Of a stretch of DNA of 64,000 nt, positions 6,422 through 14,653 are shown one piece after another; position 1 is the stretch's first letter; each line of letters begins with the position of its first letter. Position numbers and translations under genes: made by a program. The notes beneath the pieces were generated by a model. That model made no database searches. It worked only from the letters and a program-made list of their open reading frames with translations, and was not told the origin of the DNA. Origin of the DNA: Bacilli bacterium (GTDB taxonomy: Bacteria; Bacillota_I; Bacilli_A; RFN20; CAG-826); contig CAAGAN010000006.1 of assembly GCA_900767825.1 (NCBI GenBank), forward strand, positions 3,952 to 67,951, given 5' to 3'.

Positions 6422-8245
6422 ATGGACGATATTTATTTCAAAAAGGTAATTGCCCGAGGGGATGGCAAAAGAGAATCCTCTATTGAGTTCACAAAGGGAC
6501 TCAACATAATATGTGGGCCCTCCAATACCGGCAAGACTTTGATATTCAAGATCTTTAAGCAGGCATTCGGCGCCGATAACAGAAAATCCGCCAGCAATGA
6601 TGACGAGCCTTTTATTATAGAAAGTGACACAGGGTATACTGATTTTTCACTTGTAATCTCTAAACACGGTGATGACGTTATCTTGACTAGGAAAGTCGAT
6701 TCGGAAATCATAAGCGTCGAAAGCAATAGCCCATACGTAGAATCTGGCGTTTATTCATTCGCCAATAAACAAGGGTTTAAACATATTAATGATGCTCTTT
6801 TGCAGATTTTCAATGTCGACCCATTCAAACTTCCCCAAAAAAAAGACGGAAGCGCTATATATTTTTCGCTGAAGTTCCTCGACTATCTTTTTTTGGCCGA
6901 CGAAGGAAGGATCGACGAAGGAAGTCAGATACTTTTGGCAAAGAGCAAAAAATACAGCCCGGCAACACAGTCAATGGCTAACTTGCTCTACTTGCTTTAT
7001 GACATGGATTTCTCCAATTACTTGAAGAATGAGAACATAGAAAAACTAAAACTCAAGCGGAGTGCAGTCAGGAAATACATAAGCGAGAAAATAACGGATA
7101 ACGAAAACGAGATAAACAGCCTTATAAAGAAACTAGAGGAATTCTCCACCATCGAAGAAGATTCTAATTCGGTTCAACTGAAACTTGAAAATGTAAGAGG
7201 TGAAATTGACACCAAATATAAGGAATCCGCGATATTGGAGTACTTAATAAAGACTTTAGTTAAAAAGATGCAATCAGATGGCGTGCTTATTGAAAGGCTT
7301 AAAAATCTTTCGATTCAGTATAAATCGGATTTGGAAAGACTCAACTTCATTGCTTCGGGAAAGGATGAATTGGACATGAACGAAGCTGAGCACGAGTGCC
7401 CATATTGCCATAGCTTGATTCACGAGGAAAAAGAACAAATCAATCTTAAAGAGGTGCAGTCGGAAGTGAATGCCGCCATGCAGAACCTAAACGATGTCTC
7501 CAAGACGCTTTCTAAAATAAGTGAGGAACACGAAAACGATGGTAGAGAACTTGAAACTCATGAAAGCAACCTTTTAGAAGTCAGGCGGTCGGTTTCAAAA
7601 CTGGTGAGCCAAAGGGATCGATTGGAGCATACCCTTAAGAAGTTTGACGAACTTATTGAATGCAAAAAGCGAATCGACTATCTCAAAAACGACACCGAAT
7701 CGCTGAAAAGGGATCTGTCAAAAATGTCTAATCAAGTCAAAGTAAATAGAGAGGATTTCGTCCCTGCCGAGCATTTCCATTCGTCTTTTTTCCAGGCAAT
7801 GACGGAAAACATCAAAGAAATCATGAGGAGTTGCGGCGATACAAGATATGTGGTAGCCGAATTCGATAGGGCAAGCTTCGACATTTCGATTAGGGGGCAA
7901 AGCAAATCGGCCAACAACGGGAAGGGATTCAGGTCATTTGCCAATTCAGTGACTCTTATGGCGTTTAGAAAAATCCTTGACGAGAAAGGCAAGCACCAGT
8001 TGCCTGTATATGTCATCGATTCACCTTTAAAAAACTTGGATGTCGGCGATTTGAACAAAGACAACATAAAGGATGGCTTCTTCAAATATCTAATTGAGGC
8101 CTCAAGAAGCGGCCAATTGATAATCATTGAGAACACTAATAACTTCACCATGACAGAAGAGTTGAAGGAAAAGGCAAACATCATAGAATTTACTCACGAC
8201 GAAAACGTTGGACGTTATGGTTTCCTGCTAGATTATCGTGATTAA
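6422..8245 (+). CDS. lmuB: Lamassu LmuB / ABC-3C Rad50-SMC-like ABC ATPase with a coiled-coil insert and CxxC hook
   Basis: Walker A GPSNTGKT (aa 32-39). About 270 aa of heptad-rich sequence in the middle. CPYC at aa 326-329 (nt 7397-7408) is near the midpoint. Walker-B-like LPVYVIDSP (D533), then QLIIIENTNN. Confidence 0.8.
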   Translation: MDDIYFKKVIARGDGKRESSIEFTKGLNIICGPSNTGKTLIFKIFKQAFGADNRKSASNDDEPFIIESDTGYTDFSLVISKHGDDVILTRKVDSEIISVESNSPYVESGVYSFANKQGFKHINDALLQIFNVDPFKLPQKKDGSAIYFSLKFLDYLFLADEGRIDEGSQILLAKSKKYSPATQSMANLLYLLYDMDFSNYLKNENIEKLKLKRSAVRKYISEKITDNENEINSLIKKLEEFSTIEEDSNSVQLKLENVRGEIDTKYKESAILEYLIKTLVKKMQSDGVLIERLKNLSIQYKSDLERLNFIASGKDELDMNEAEHECPYCHSLIHEEKEQINLKEVQSEVNAAMQNLNDVSKTLSKISEEHENDGRELETHESNLLEVRRSVSKLVSQRDRLEHTLKKFDELIECKKRIDYLKNDTESLKRDLSKMSNQVKVNREDFVPAEHFHSSFFQAMTENIKEIMRSCGDTRYVVAEFDRASFDISIRGQSKSANNGKGFRSFANSVTLMAFRKILDEKGKHQLPVYVIDSPLKNLDVGDLNKDNIKDGFFKYLIEASRSGQLIIIENTNNFTMTEELKEKANIIEFTHDENVGRYGFLLDYRD

Positions 8246-8551
8246 GCTTGGTTTATTCTTTTTAAGCCAACACGTCTAAATGTCAAAACGTGATATATAG
8301 ATACTAGATCTGCATTGTTGAAGTTAAGGAAAAAGGGCTTTGGTCCTAGCATGCGCTCGATGTGTTGCAAGATGCGCTAATGAATAATAATTTAGAATTA
8401 TAAAGGCATCGCTGTTTATTTTTAGAATAAGTGTGTCTACTTTTATGTTACCGGTTCACGGTTCGCGGTTCATTTTAGTTTTATTTTTCTTTTTGCCTAT
8501 TTTTGATTCTATAATTAGTAAATTTAATCAAAAGGTTAATCGATTGCATAG

Positions 8552-8600
8552 ACTACCCAAAAAAATACCCTAATCACTACCCAAAAAACTACCCAAAAAC
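8552..8600 (+). repeat. Three copies of CTACCCAAAAA (two in 12-nt tandem) overlapping the -35 region of a promoter
   Basis: Copies start at 8553, 8577 and 8589. TATAAT lies at 8614-8619, upstream of the 8663 gene. Confidence 0.85.
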
Positions 8601-8662
8601 TTTTATTAATAGTTATAATTTTGAAGTTTATAATTAATACATCCAATCAAAGAGGTGACTAT

Positions 8663-9088
8663 ATGAAAGTCATTAAGAATATGTACCCATCGATCATTAA
8701 CATTGCGGTTGCTGCCGGAATGATTATTTTGTTCTTTTGCCCAATCCTAATATCAACTCAAGCACCTGACCCATCTACAAGAATTGAAACTATTGTAAGT
8801 CCATTTCTACATATCTATTCAATCGCAACAGTATTCTTGCTATTGATTCCATTAATAATTCTTATAGTCATTGACGTCCTTATACTGTTAATGAAAAAAA
8901 GGATATTGAATTGGTTAAACCTATTAATATCTTTATATGTCTTTGTTATATCTATTTGCTTTATCTTTAATTATGAATTTATAGTTTTAGGCATTGCATT
9001 CATATCCATCTTTATTTCATTAATGGTTATTTCGTCTATTTGCAATTTATGTATAGATGAATATAAAAGAAGAAAGCAATTAAATTAG
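8663..9088 (+). CDS. Hypothetical polytopic membrane protein (about 4 TM)
   Basis: ATG at 8663 has an AGAGGTG RBS (the ORF-track TTG at 8621 is less likely). Very hydrophobic and AT-rich. Confidence 0.5.
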   Translation: MKVIKNMYPSIINIAVAAGMIILFFCPILISTQAPDPSTRIETIVSPFLHIYSIATVFLLLIPLIILIVIDVLILLMKKRILNWLNLLISLYVFVISICFIFNYEFIVLGIAFISIFISLMVISSICNLCIDEYKRRKQLN

Positions 9089-9540
9089 TTGTCTTGCTTA
9101 TATATCCCTAGTTCAATCGCAGCTTCCTTGCTCATGAACGCGTAGTTGCTCCATTTCTCCTGGACCAATATGAACCTGTGGAAAGGTACGACTTTGTTTG
9201 GCTTTACTATCTTAGAAGTGAATATTTCTCCAGTAGAATTCTTACTTATCTTACTATTGAACTTTATCTTTTCATCATCCATGAGTTCTACTTCTACATT
9301 GCCATATGTCCTTATTCTTTCAGAGAAAGTAGCTATAATAAATAACCAACTTATCAACATCAGAACATATGCTAAAGAAGTAAGAAATGTAGTCAACTCA
9401 ATGATTTTAAGACCGAAAATAATGGCGATTGTAATTGCTAATACAAAGCAAATTATTAACCCAAATGTGAACCACCAGTTTTTAGCAAACCATAGTTTCG
9501 AATGATCCCATGTTTCTAGGAAATAACTAACCTTTTTCAT
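9085..9540 (-). CDS. Hypothetical membrane protein (2 N-terminal TM plus a C-terminal soluble domain)
   Basis: 151-aa ORF, convergent with the previous gene and overlapping it by 4 nt. No family recognised. Confidence 0.5.
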   Translation of the reverse strand: MKKVSYFLETWDHSKLWFAKNWWFTFGLIICFVLAITIAIIFGLKIIELTTFLTSLAYVLMLISWLFIIATFSERIRTYGNVEVELMDDEKIKFNSKISKNSTGEIFTSKIVKPNKVVPFHRFILVQEKWSNYAFMSKEAAIELGIYKQDN

Positions 9541-9712
9541 TTTGACCCCTCCAATTAGTTCGATAATTGTCTCAAATCTATTTTATTTTCGTTATTCTAG
9601 TCCTTTGAAATGGTAGTTCAATATGTTTTTAGGGAAGAAGCTTATCTAGTCAATAAGAAGAAATATATTTTATTTCATACCTTTATTTATTTCTTATAGT
9701 AGAATAATCTCA

Positions 9713-10819
9713 ATGGAAAATTTAATTGAGAAGGATAAATATTTCGCCTTATTAGCATCCCTGGGTATTAAAAGGGAATTAGATTATGACTATCTATATT
9801 CCTTATTTTCCTATGCTATGTCTGGATTAGATGAGATGAGAGGAGATAATCCTGTTGTTGCATCTATGGGTGTTAATCCTGTCTTATTGACTATATATCT
9901 AGTAAATGAACACGCTTTCTATCTAAGGACACATAAAGATAAAAACGAAGAAGAATTAAAAGCAGATATGCAATATGAGCAATTTATTGCTTCTATTGCA
10001 GTCGATAAATATTTTACCAATGAACATCTTGCGTATAAGATGGGTACTTTAACATCTAGATTCTCTCCTGCTATGTCCACCCTTGATCTATATCTAAATT
10101 TTGTCTTGGGTATGTTAGCTAGGTATAAAAAGAATGATCCTAAACAAACATTATTAGTAGATGTCATGAACAAAGGTTTCCAGATGGCTAAATGTGTTGC
10201 TACTTTATTAGAAAGCGGATTTGAAACCGAAGCCTTCTCGACCTGGAGAACTCTTCATGAAAATGAATGCATCCTTCAATGCTTGGTTAAATATGGTCAA
10301 AAAGTCATAGATAGATATCTTTGCCACATGAAATATGCGATTGCTTTTAGAGGTGGCATTAAGGATAAAGAAGAAACCGACGCCGTCTTTGTCGAGATAA
10401 AAGAAAACATGAGGCAAATAGGACTTAAGTCAAAAGACATGAAGCGTTATATCGAATATGGTTGGTTAACTGGGATTGATAATGTATTGTCTATCCCTGA
10501 TTTCAAATTCAATTTTAGGGATGGAGTGGAACGTGTTGCAGGATTAAGTGCCTATTCTAAAGTATATGAAATGTCTAGCGAGATTGCCCATTCATCTCCT
10601 TTATTAATATATTCAAAGAAGGATTATTTCTTCTCGATTACTTTATTAAATCTATATGAATCATTCTTTAGGTTAGAGAAATTCTTCTCTTCATTATATT
10701 TATCTAGCGTCAGCGAAGAAGAAAAGCAAAGATACCTAAATATGAGAAATCTATATTATTCCGAATTAGTTTCCGCTTATAATGAACAAAAGGAAATATT
10801 TAAGTCTATTGGTAAATAA
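9713..10819 (+). CDS. Hypothetical 368-aa helical protein (possibly DUF5677-like)
   Basis: VATLLESGFETEAFSTWRTLHENECILQCL and YEMSSEIAHSSP resemble, from memory, the conserved blocks of DUF5677. TAGAAT lies 9 nt before the ATG and there is no SD. Confidence 0.55.
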   Translation: MENLIEKDKYFALLASLGIKRELDYDYLYSLFSYAMSGLDEMRGDNPVVASMGVNPVLLTIYLVNEHAFYLRTHKDKNEEELKADMQYEQFIASIAVDKYFTNEHLAYKMGTLTSRFSPAMSTLDLYLNFVLGMLARYKKNDPKQTLLVDVMNKGFQMAKCVATLLESGFETEAFSTWRTLHENECILQCLVKYGQKVIDRYLCHMKYAIAFRGGIKDKEETDAVFVEIKENMRQIGLKSKDMKRYIEYGWLTGIDNVLSIPDFKFNFRDGVERVAGLSAYSKVYEMSSEIAHSSPLLIYSKKDYFFSITLLNLYESFFRLEKFFSSLYLSSVSEEEKQRYLNMRNLYYSELVSAYNEQKEIFKSIGK

Positions 10820-10822
10820 TAT

Positions 10823-11641
10823 ATGGCGGGTTCAGTAAAAGAATTAATTTTAAATATCCAAGATCCTACTCCGAGTGAGAAGAAGCTTGCGAAAAAGTTA
10901 ATAGGATTAGACATTAATGAAGTTGTCTATATGTCCATTACTGAATTAAGCGAGAAGATTTCTTCTTCTGAGGCTACGATTCTTAGGTTTTGCAGGAAAA
11001 TAGGATTCAAGGGATTCCAGGATTTTAAATTAGCCTTGTCTAGAGATATTGCCCTTAATCAAAAAAATGAAGACATGTCTGCAACATCTTCTTTCCTTGC
11101 TAGTATTTCTAAATCATTAGAGAAATCTAGTGATTCATTAGATGAAGAAGATATAAATACAGTCTGCAAGAAAATGCTAAATTCAAGAAGGCTATGTGCT
11201 TTTGGGGTTGGATCTAGCTATGTTGCCCCTTTGTTTTTAAAGCAAAGATTATTAACAGTAGGTAAATTAGTCTTAGCAGATGAATCTAGCCATACCATGA
11301 CTGCAATTGCATCCAATTTAAATAACAAGGATGTTGTTTTATGTTTCTCGGTATCTGGGGCGACTAAAGATATCCTTGATGTAGCTAAAATTGCCAAAAG
11401 AAGTGGGGCGTATATTGTTTCTATTACTTCTTATCCATCTTCTCCATTAGGCAAATTATCCGATATGATTTTTAATGGATGTTCAAAAGAAGCATCAGCC
11501 TATAGAGGCAGCCTTACTCACTGCATGGGTCAATTATTTATTGCCGGTATCTTAGCAGAAAGCTGTGTTTCCATGTTAGGTAAAGAGGGAGAAAAAATAG
11601 CGTTCAAGACTATCTCTGATTTCTCTGATAAATTGATTTAG
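10823..11641 (+). CDS. RpiR/MurR-family transcriptional regulator (HTH_6 plus SIS domain)
   Basis: ITELSEKISSSEATILRFCRKIGFKGFQDFKLAL is the RpiR HTH. CAFGVGSSYVAPLFLKQRL...VVLCFSVSGATKD is the SIS domain. Confidence 0.85.
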   Translation: MAGSVKELILNIQDPTPSEKKLAKKLIGLDINEVVYMSITELSEKISSSEATILRFCRKIGFKGFQDFKLALSRDIALNQKNEDMSATSSFLASISKSLEKSSDSLDEEDINTVCKKMLNSRRLCAFGVGSSYVAPLFLKQRLLTVGKLVLADESSHTMTAIASNLNNKDVVLCFSVSGATKDILDVAKIAKRSGAYIVSITSYPSSPLGKLSDMIFNGCSKEASAYRGSLTHCMGQLFIAGILAESCVSMLGKEGEKIAFKTISDFSDKLI

Positions 11642-11719
11642 CCGTAATTAAATTTTTATTTAAAATGTCGTTTATAAACATTGTTTTTAATGTTAGCAAA
11701 ATCATTGCTTTTTTAATTA

Positions 11720-11748
11720 TTGAAAGTAAGGCACCCATTAATTATACT
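11720..11748 (+). promoter_or_regulatory. Candidate sigma-A promoter for the ATPase gene (TTGAAA - 17 nt - TATACT)
   Basis: TTGAAA at 11720-11725, 17-nt spacer, TATACT at 11743-11748, about 40 nt upstream of the start. Confidence 0.45.
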
Positions 11749-11787
11749 TTATATGTTCAAAGATTTTGAACTTATGAGGTATTGAAT

Positions 11788-12942
11788 ATGATTATAATGG
11801 ATTTAAAGCTCCAAAATGTTTTGGGTTTCAAGGATATCCATTTTAATTTTTCCTATCCAAGGAAAATAAAAAACAATACCTTAGGCGACGAATGTCTTAA
11901 GGGGATCCCTAATTTTAGATATAAAAAAGTAAATGTCATCATGGGAAGCAATTCTAATGGAAAGTCTTCTTTAGGTGTTGCCATCTGGAAAATATGCATG
12001 TTTTTAAGAAATAAGGAAAGCAGTAACTTATTTGCCCTTCTTTCTGATCAAGCCGATTTCATGAATATTGATATAGATTATGTTTCTTGCATTGCTTTAA
12101 ATCGCTATGTACTAAATAGAGTCAGAATCCGTATGGAAAAAGAAGAATCTTCACCATCTGGATTTGATATCAGGATGGATTATGAGAATGCTTTGCTTAG
12201 AAATGACGATACCTATGAATCTGCATGTTTAAATTTAGCTATGAAGGCTAAAAATAAAGATTATATAGAATGCCTAAATGACATTTCTTGTTCTGACGGC
12301 TGGTTTATTTCAATGCCGATTACTGAAACTGGGTTTGATGATTTTGTCTTGAATCTAGATGTAAAAGAAAGAGAAGTGTTTTCGAAAGTCTTATTCAAGA
12401 CATTAGTTACTTTAGATCCAAATATTCAGTCCGTTAATGTAAGTTCTGAAATTGATGATGCCTATATTGTCAAATATGATGACGGGAAGAATACTCTTGT
12501 TAAAAGCGGAGACAAAATAAGCGATATCCGTTATCTTTCTAGTGGGACTAAATATGGATTTTTAATTGCCAAAGTATTTTATTTCCTAGGCAAACATAAA
12601 AATGGCCTTTTCTATGTTGATGAACTTTTCTCTTATATCAACTCTGATTTAGAGATTGCTATGTTAAATACAATGATTTCAATGTTAGGGGACTGTGAGC
12701 AGCTTTTCTTTACTACCCATAATTCTGAAGTGTTGCTTCTTCCTTTCCCTCTTCATTCTTTCTTGTTTTTAGGAAAAAAGAAAGAAAATGGAATAGCGTT
12801 AATTAATTATGTCTGCGCTTCTGATGTTGAGAAACGAAATAATGTAGTCATTAAAAACCTATATGACAACGATGCTTTTGATATTTCTCCTGATACAAAA
12901 GAAATATTTGGATTGAAAGATTTGTTTCCCGACAAAGAGTGA
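11788..12942 (+). CDS. Stand-alone ABC-type (AAA_21/AAA_15-like) ATPase with no fused or adjacent nuclease
   Basis: GAGG RBS 7 nt before the ATG at 11788. Walker A GSNSNGKSS. Walker B and downstream LFYVDELFSYINSDLE...LFFTTHNSEVL. Confidence 0.75.
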   Translation: MIIMDLKLQNVLGFKDIHFNFSYPRKIKNNTLGDECLKGIPNFRYKKVNVIMGSNSNGKSSLGVAIWKICMFLRNKESSNLFALLSDQADFMNIDIDYVSCIALNRYVLNRVRIRMEKEESSPSGFDIRMDYENALLRNDDTYESACLNLAMKAKNKDYIECLNDISCSDGWFISMPITETGFDDFVLNLDVKEREVFSKVLFKTLVTLDPNIQSVNVSSEIDDAYIVKYDDGKNTLVKSGDKISDIRYLSSGTKYGFLIAKVFYFLGKHKNGLFYVDELFSYINSDLEIAMLNTMISMLGDCEQLFFTTHNSEVLLLPFPLHSFLFLGKKKENGIALINYVCASDVEKRNNVVIKNLYDNDAFDISPDTKEIFGLKDLFPDKE

Positions 12943-13055
12943 ATTTAAAGTAAGTTTCAAATAGAATAAATAGCAGTTTATTTGGCGAACTATTTTTCGA
13001 TTAGTTTTTTTAACTTTTAAAAGTGGTAAATAAAATTATAGAGATAAGACTAAAA

Positions 13056-13090
13056 GAGCAAAATCTATTGATAACTGCTAGATTTTGCTA
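13056..13090 (+). terminator. AT-rich hairpin plus T-run after the ATPase gene
   Basis: GAGCAAAATCTA-11 nt-TAGATTTTGCTA followed by CATTTTT. The stem is weak. Confidence 0.3.
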
Positions 13091-13096
13091 CATTTT

Positions 13097-13156
13097 TATC
13101 TACCACTTTATCTACCACTTTATCTACCACTTTATCTACCACTTTATCTACCACTT
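13097..13156 (+). repeat. Five perfect tandem copies of TATCTACCACTT (12 bp) directly upstream of a -10-like TATAAAAT
   Basis: Units at 13097, 13109, 13121, 13133 and 13145. TATAAA at 13162-13167. Inverted near-copies AAGTGGTAAATA (13021-13032) and AAATGGTAAAAT (13166-13177) flank the array. Confidence 0.95.
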
Positions 13157-13199
13157 TTTTCTATAAAATGGTAAAATTAATTAAACGAGGAGTGGGCAA

Positions 13200-14570
13200 A
13201 TGAATTATCATGATTTGGTATATGATTTAATTGAGCGTGACGAAGAAGAGTGGTTTGAGTTTAAAGAAAATTGGTTTAACAAAGAAGAAATTGGCATGTA
13301 TATTTCTTCTTTATCTAATGCTGCCGCAGTTTGTGGCAAGGATGAATCTTATTTGATTTGGGGAATTAATGATAAAACGCATGCAATAACTGGAACGAAT
13401 ATAAAATATCATTGTGAATATAGAGGCGAACCGTTTCAAAATTATTTGGCAAGGAATCTTAATCCGTCTATTGCTTTTCAATTTAAAGAGATATCTATCG
13501 ATGACAAGCGTGTAGTTATTCTTATAATCCCCTCCGCAAAAAAAGTGCCGACTTCTTTTAACAGAATTAGGTATGGAAGAATAGATTCTAGTATTACCAA
13601 TTTGGAAAAATATCCAGAAAGAGAGGGAATCTTATGGAAGGCATTGCTCGAAGGATATCCGACTATGCTTAATACTGAATCGCCTACTCAGGACCTCACG
13701 TTTGTTCAATTAAAAAATTATTATTTAGCAAAAAATCTTTCATTTAATGATGAAACTTTTAGAATCAACCTTCATTTATTAACGTGTGACAACAAATATA
13801 ATATGCTGGCTTGCTTTTTAGCTGACAACGGCGAAATTCCGGTTAGGGTTTCTGTCTTTTCTGGGAAAGATAAAGCTTCTCCTCTTTTTTCAGTGAAAGA
13901 ATTCGGGAACCAAAGTCTTGTTTCCGTTATAGATAGGATTATTGATTATTCCGACTCGATTAACATGCCAAGAGCGCTTGAGAACTATGAAACCGGCATA
14001 AGAGAAGACGTTTTCATGTTTGATCAAGATTGTTTTAATGAAGCTGTTAAAAATGCTTTTATACATAATCAGTGGCTGAGAAAAGTTGCGCCTATGATTA
14101 CTTTCTTCGATGATAGAATTGAAATTATTTCCTTTTCAGCGTTGGCACCAAACCAAACGATTGAGGGTTTTTACAAAGGACACAGTATCCCCGTTAATGA
14201 AGAGCTATCTTCTATTTTTCTCGCTACACATTTGAGTGAAAGAACAGGAAAAGGTAATCCTTTGATAGTTTCTCGTTTTGGACGAAAGGCTTTTGAAATT
14301 ACAGATGCTTCGATTAAGGTTACAATCCCTTATAATTGGGAGCATAAGTTCGAAGAAGTGGTTGATAGAACGCCTAACAAATTGTCCAAAACTGAAACCA
14401 AAATATTGAAAATTATCAGCAACAATCCCGAATTGTCTCAAACTGAAATTGCTGGTTTATCTGGCTTTGGCAAAACAACCGTCCAGAAAGCAATTACGAA
14501 GTTCAAAAAAATGGGCATTATCGTTCGTCAAGATTCTAACAAAAGCGGATATTGGAAAGTAACAAAATAG
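13200..14570 (+). CDS. AlbA_2 (Schlafen-type) / HATPase_c_4 / C-terminal wHTH protein (the family usually annotated as RecG-like putative transcriptional regulator)
   Basis: N-terminus EEEWFEFKENW...YLIWGINDKTHAITGT is the AlbA_2 pattern. The middle has AVKNAFIHNQW...ERTGKGNPLI. C-terminus LSKTETKILKIISNNPELSQTEIAGLSGFGKTTVQKAITKFKKMGII is a wHTH. Confidence 0.8.
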   Translation: MNYHDLVYDLIERDEEEWFEFKENWFNKEEIGMYISSLSNAAAVCGKDESYLIWGINDKTHAITGTNIKYHCEYRGEPFQNYLARNLNPSIAFQFKEISIDDKRVVILIIPSAKKVPTSFNRIRYGRIDSSITNLEKYPEREGILWKALLEGYPTMLNTESPTQDLTFVQLKNYYLAKNLSFNDETFRINLHLLTCDNKYNMLACFLADNGEIPVRVSVFSGKDKASPLFSVKEFGNQSLVSVIDRIIDYSDSINMPRALENYETGIREDVFMFDQDCFNEAVKNAFIHNQWLRKVAPMITFFDDRIEIISFSALAPNQTIEGFYKGHSIPVNEELSSIFLATHLSERTGKGNPLIVSRFGRKAFEITDASIKVTIPYNWEHKFEEVVDRTPNKLSKTETKILKIISNNPELSQTEIAGLSGFGKTTVQKAITKFKKMGIIVRQDSNKSGYWKVTK

Positions 14571-14653
14571 TTTTTATACTTGGTAGCTTTTTGTTGGTGC
14601 CTATATTTGAAGAGCTTTTTCAAAATTGAATAAATACCTTTAAACCAAACGGT

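Larger units (their letters stand above)
1..8250. other. Compositionally distinct (G+C-richer) segment, probably a horizontally acquired island (prophage/ICE remnant); left end lies beyond the window
   Basis: Hand counts of single 60-nt lines: 3481-3540 = 37/60 G+C and 6001-6060 = 26/60, versus 9001-9060 = 15/60 and 12001-12060 = 20/60. Content is phage/ICE-like (holin, XhlA-like, sigma r4 protein, defence operon). No integrase, tRNA or att repeat seen at the right edge. Confidence 0.55.

Noticed and set aside
7732-8184. 150-aa minus-strand ORF inside the ATPase gene
   Set aside because: It is antisense to the conserved C-terminal ABC head (Walker B region), so it is a shadow ORF.
8246-8620. 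tRNA gene or att site at the island border
   Set aside because: No cloverleaf-compatible sequence was seen, and no repeat matches elsewhere in the window. This cannot be excluded without the left end of the island.
13097-13156. Possible CRISPR array or coding repeat
   Set aside because: The units are 12 bp, strictly contiguous with no spacers, and lie in an intergenic promoter region. The same reasoning applies to 8552-8600.
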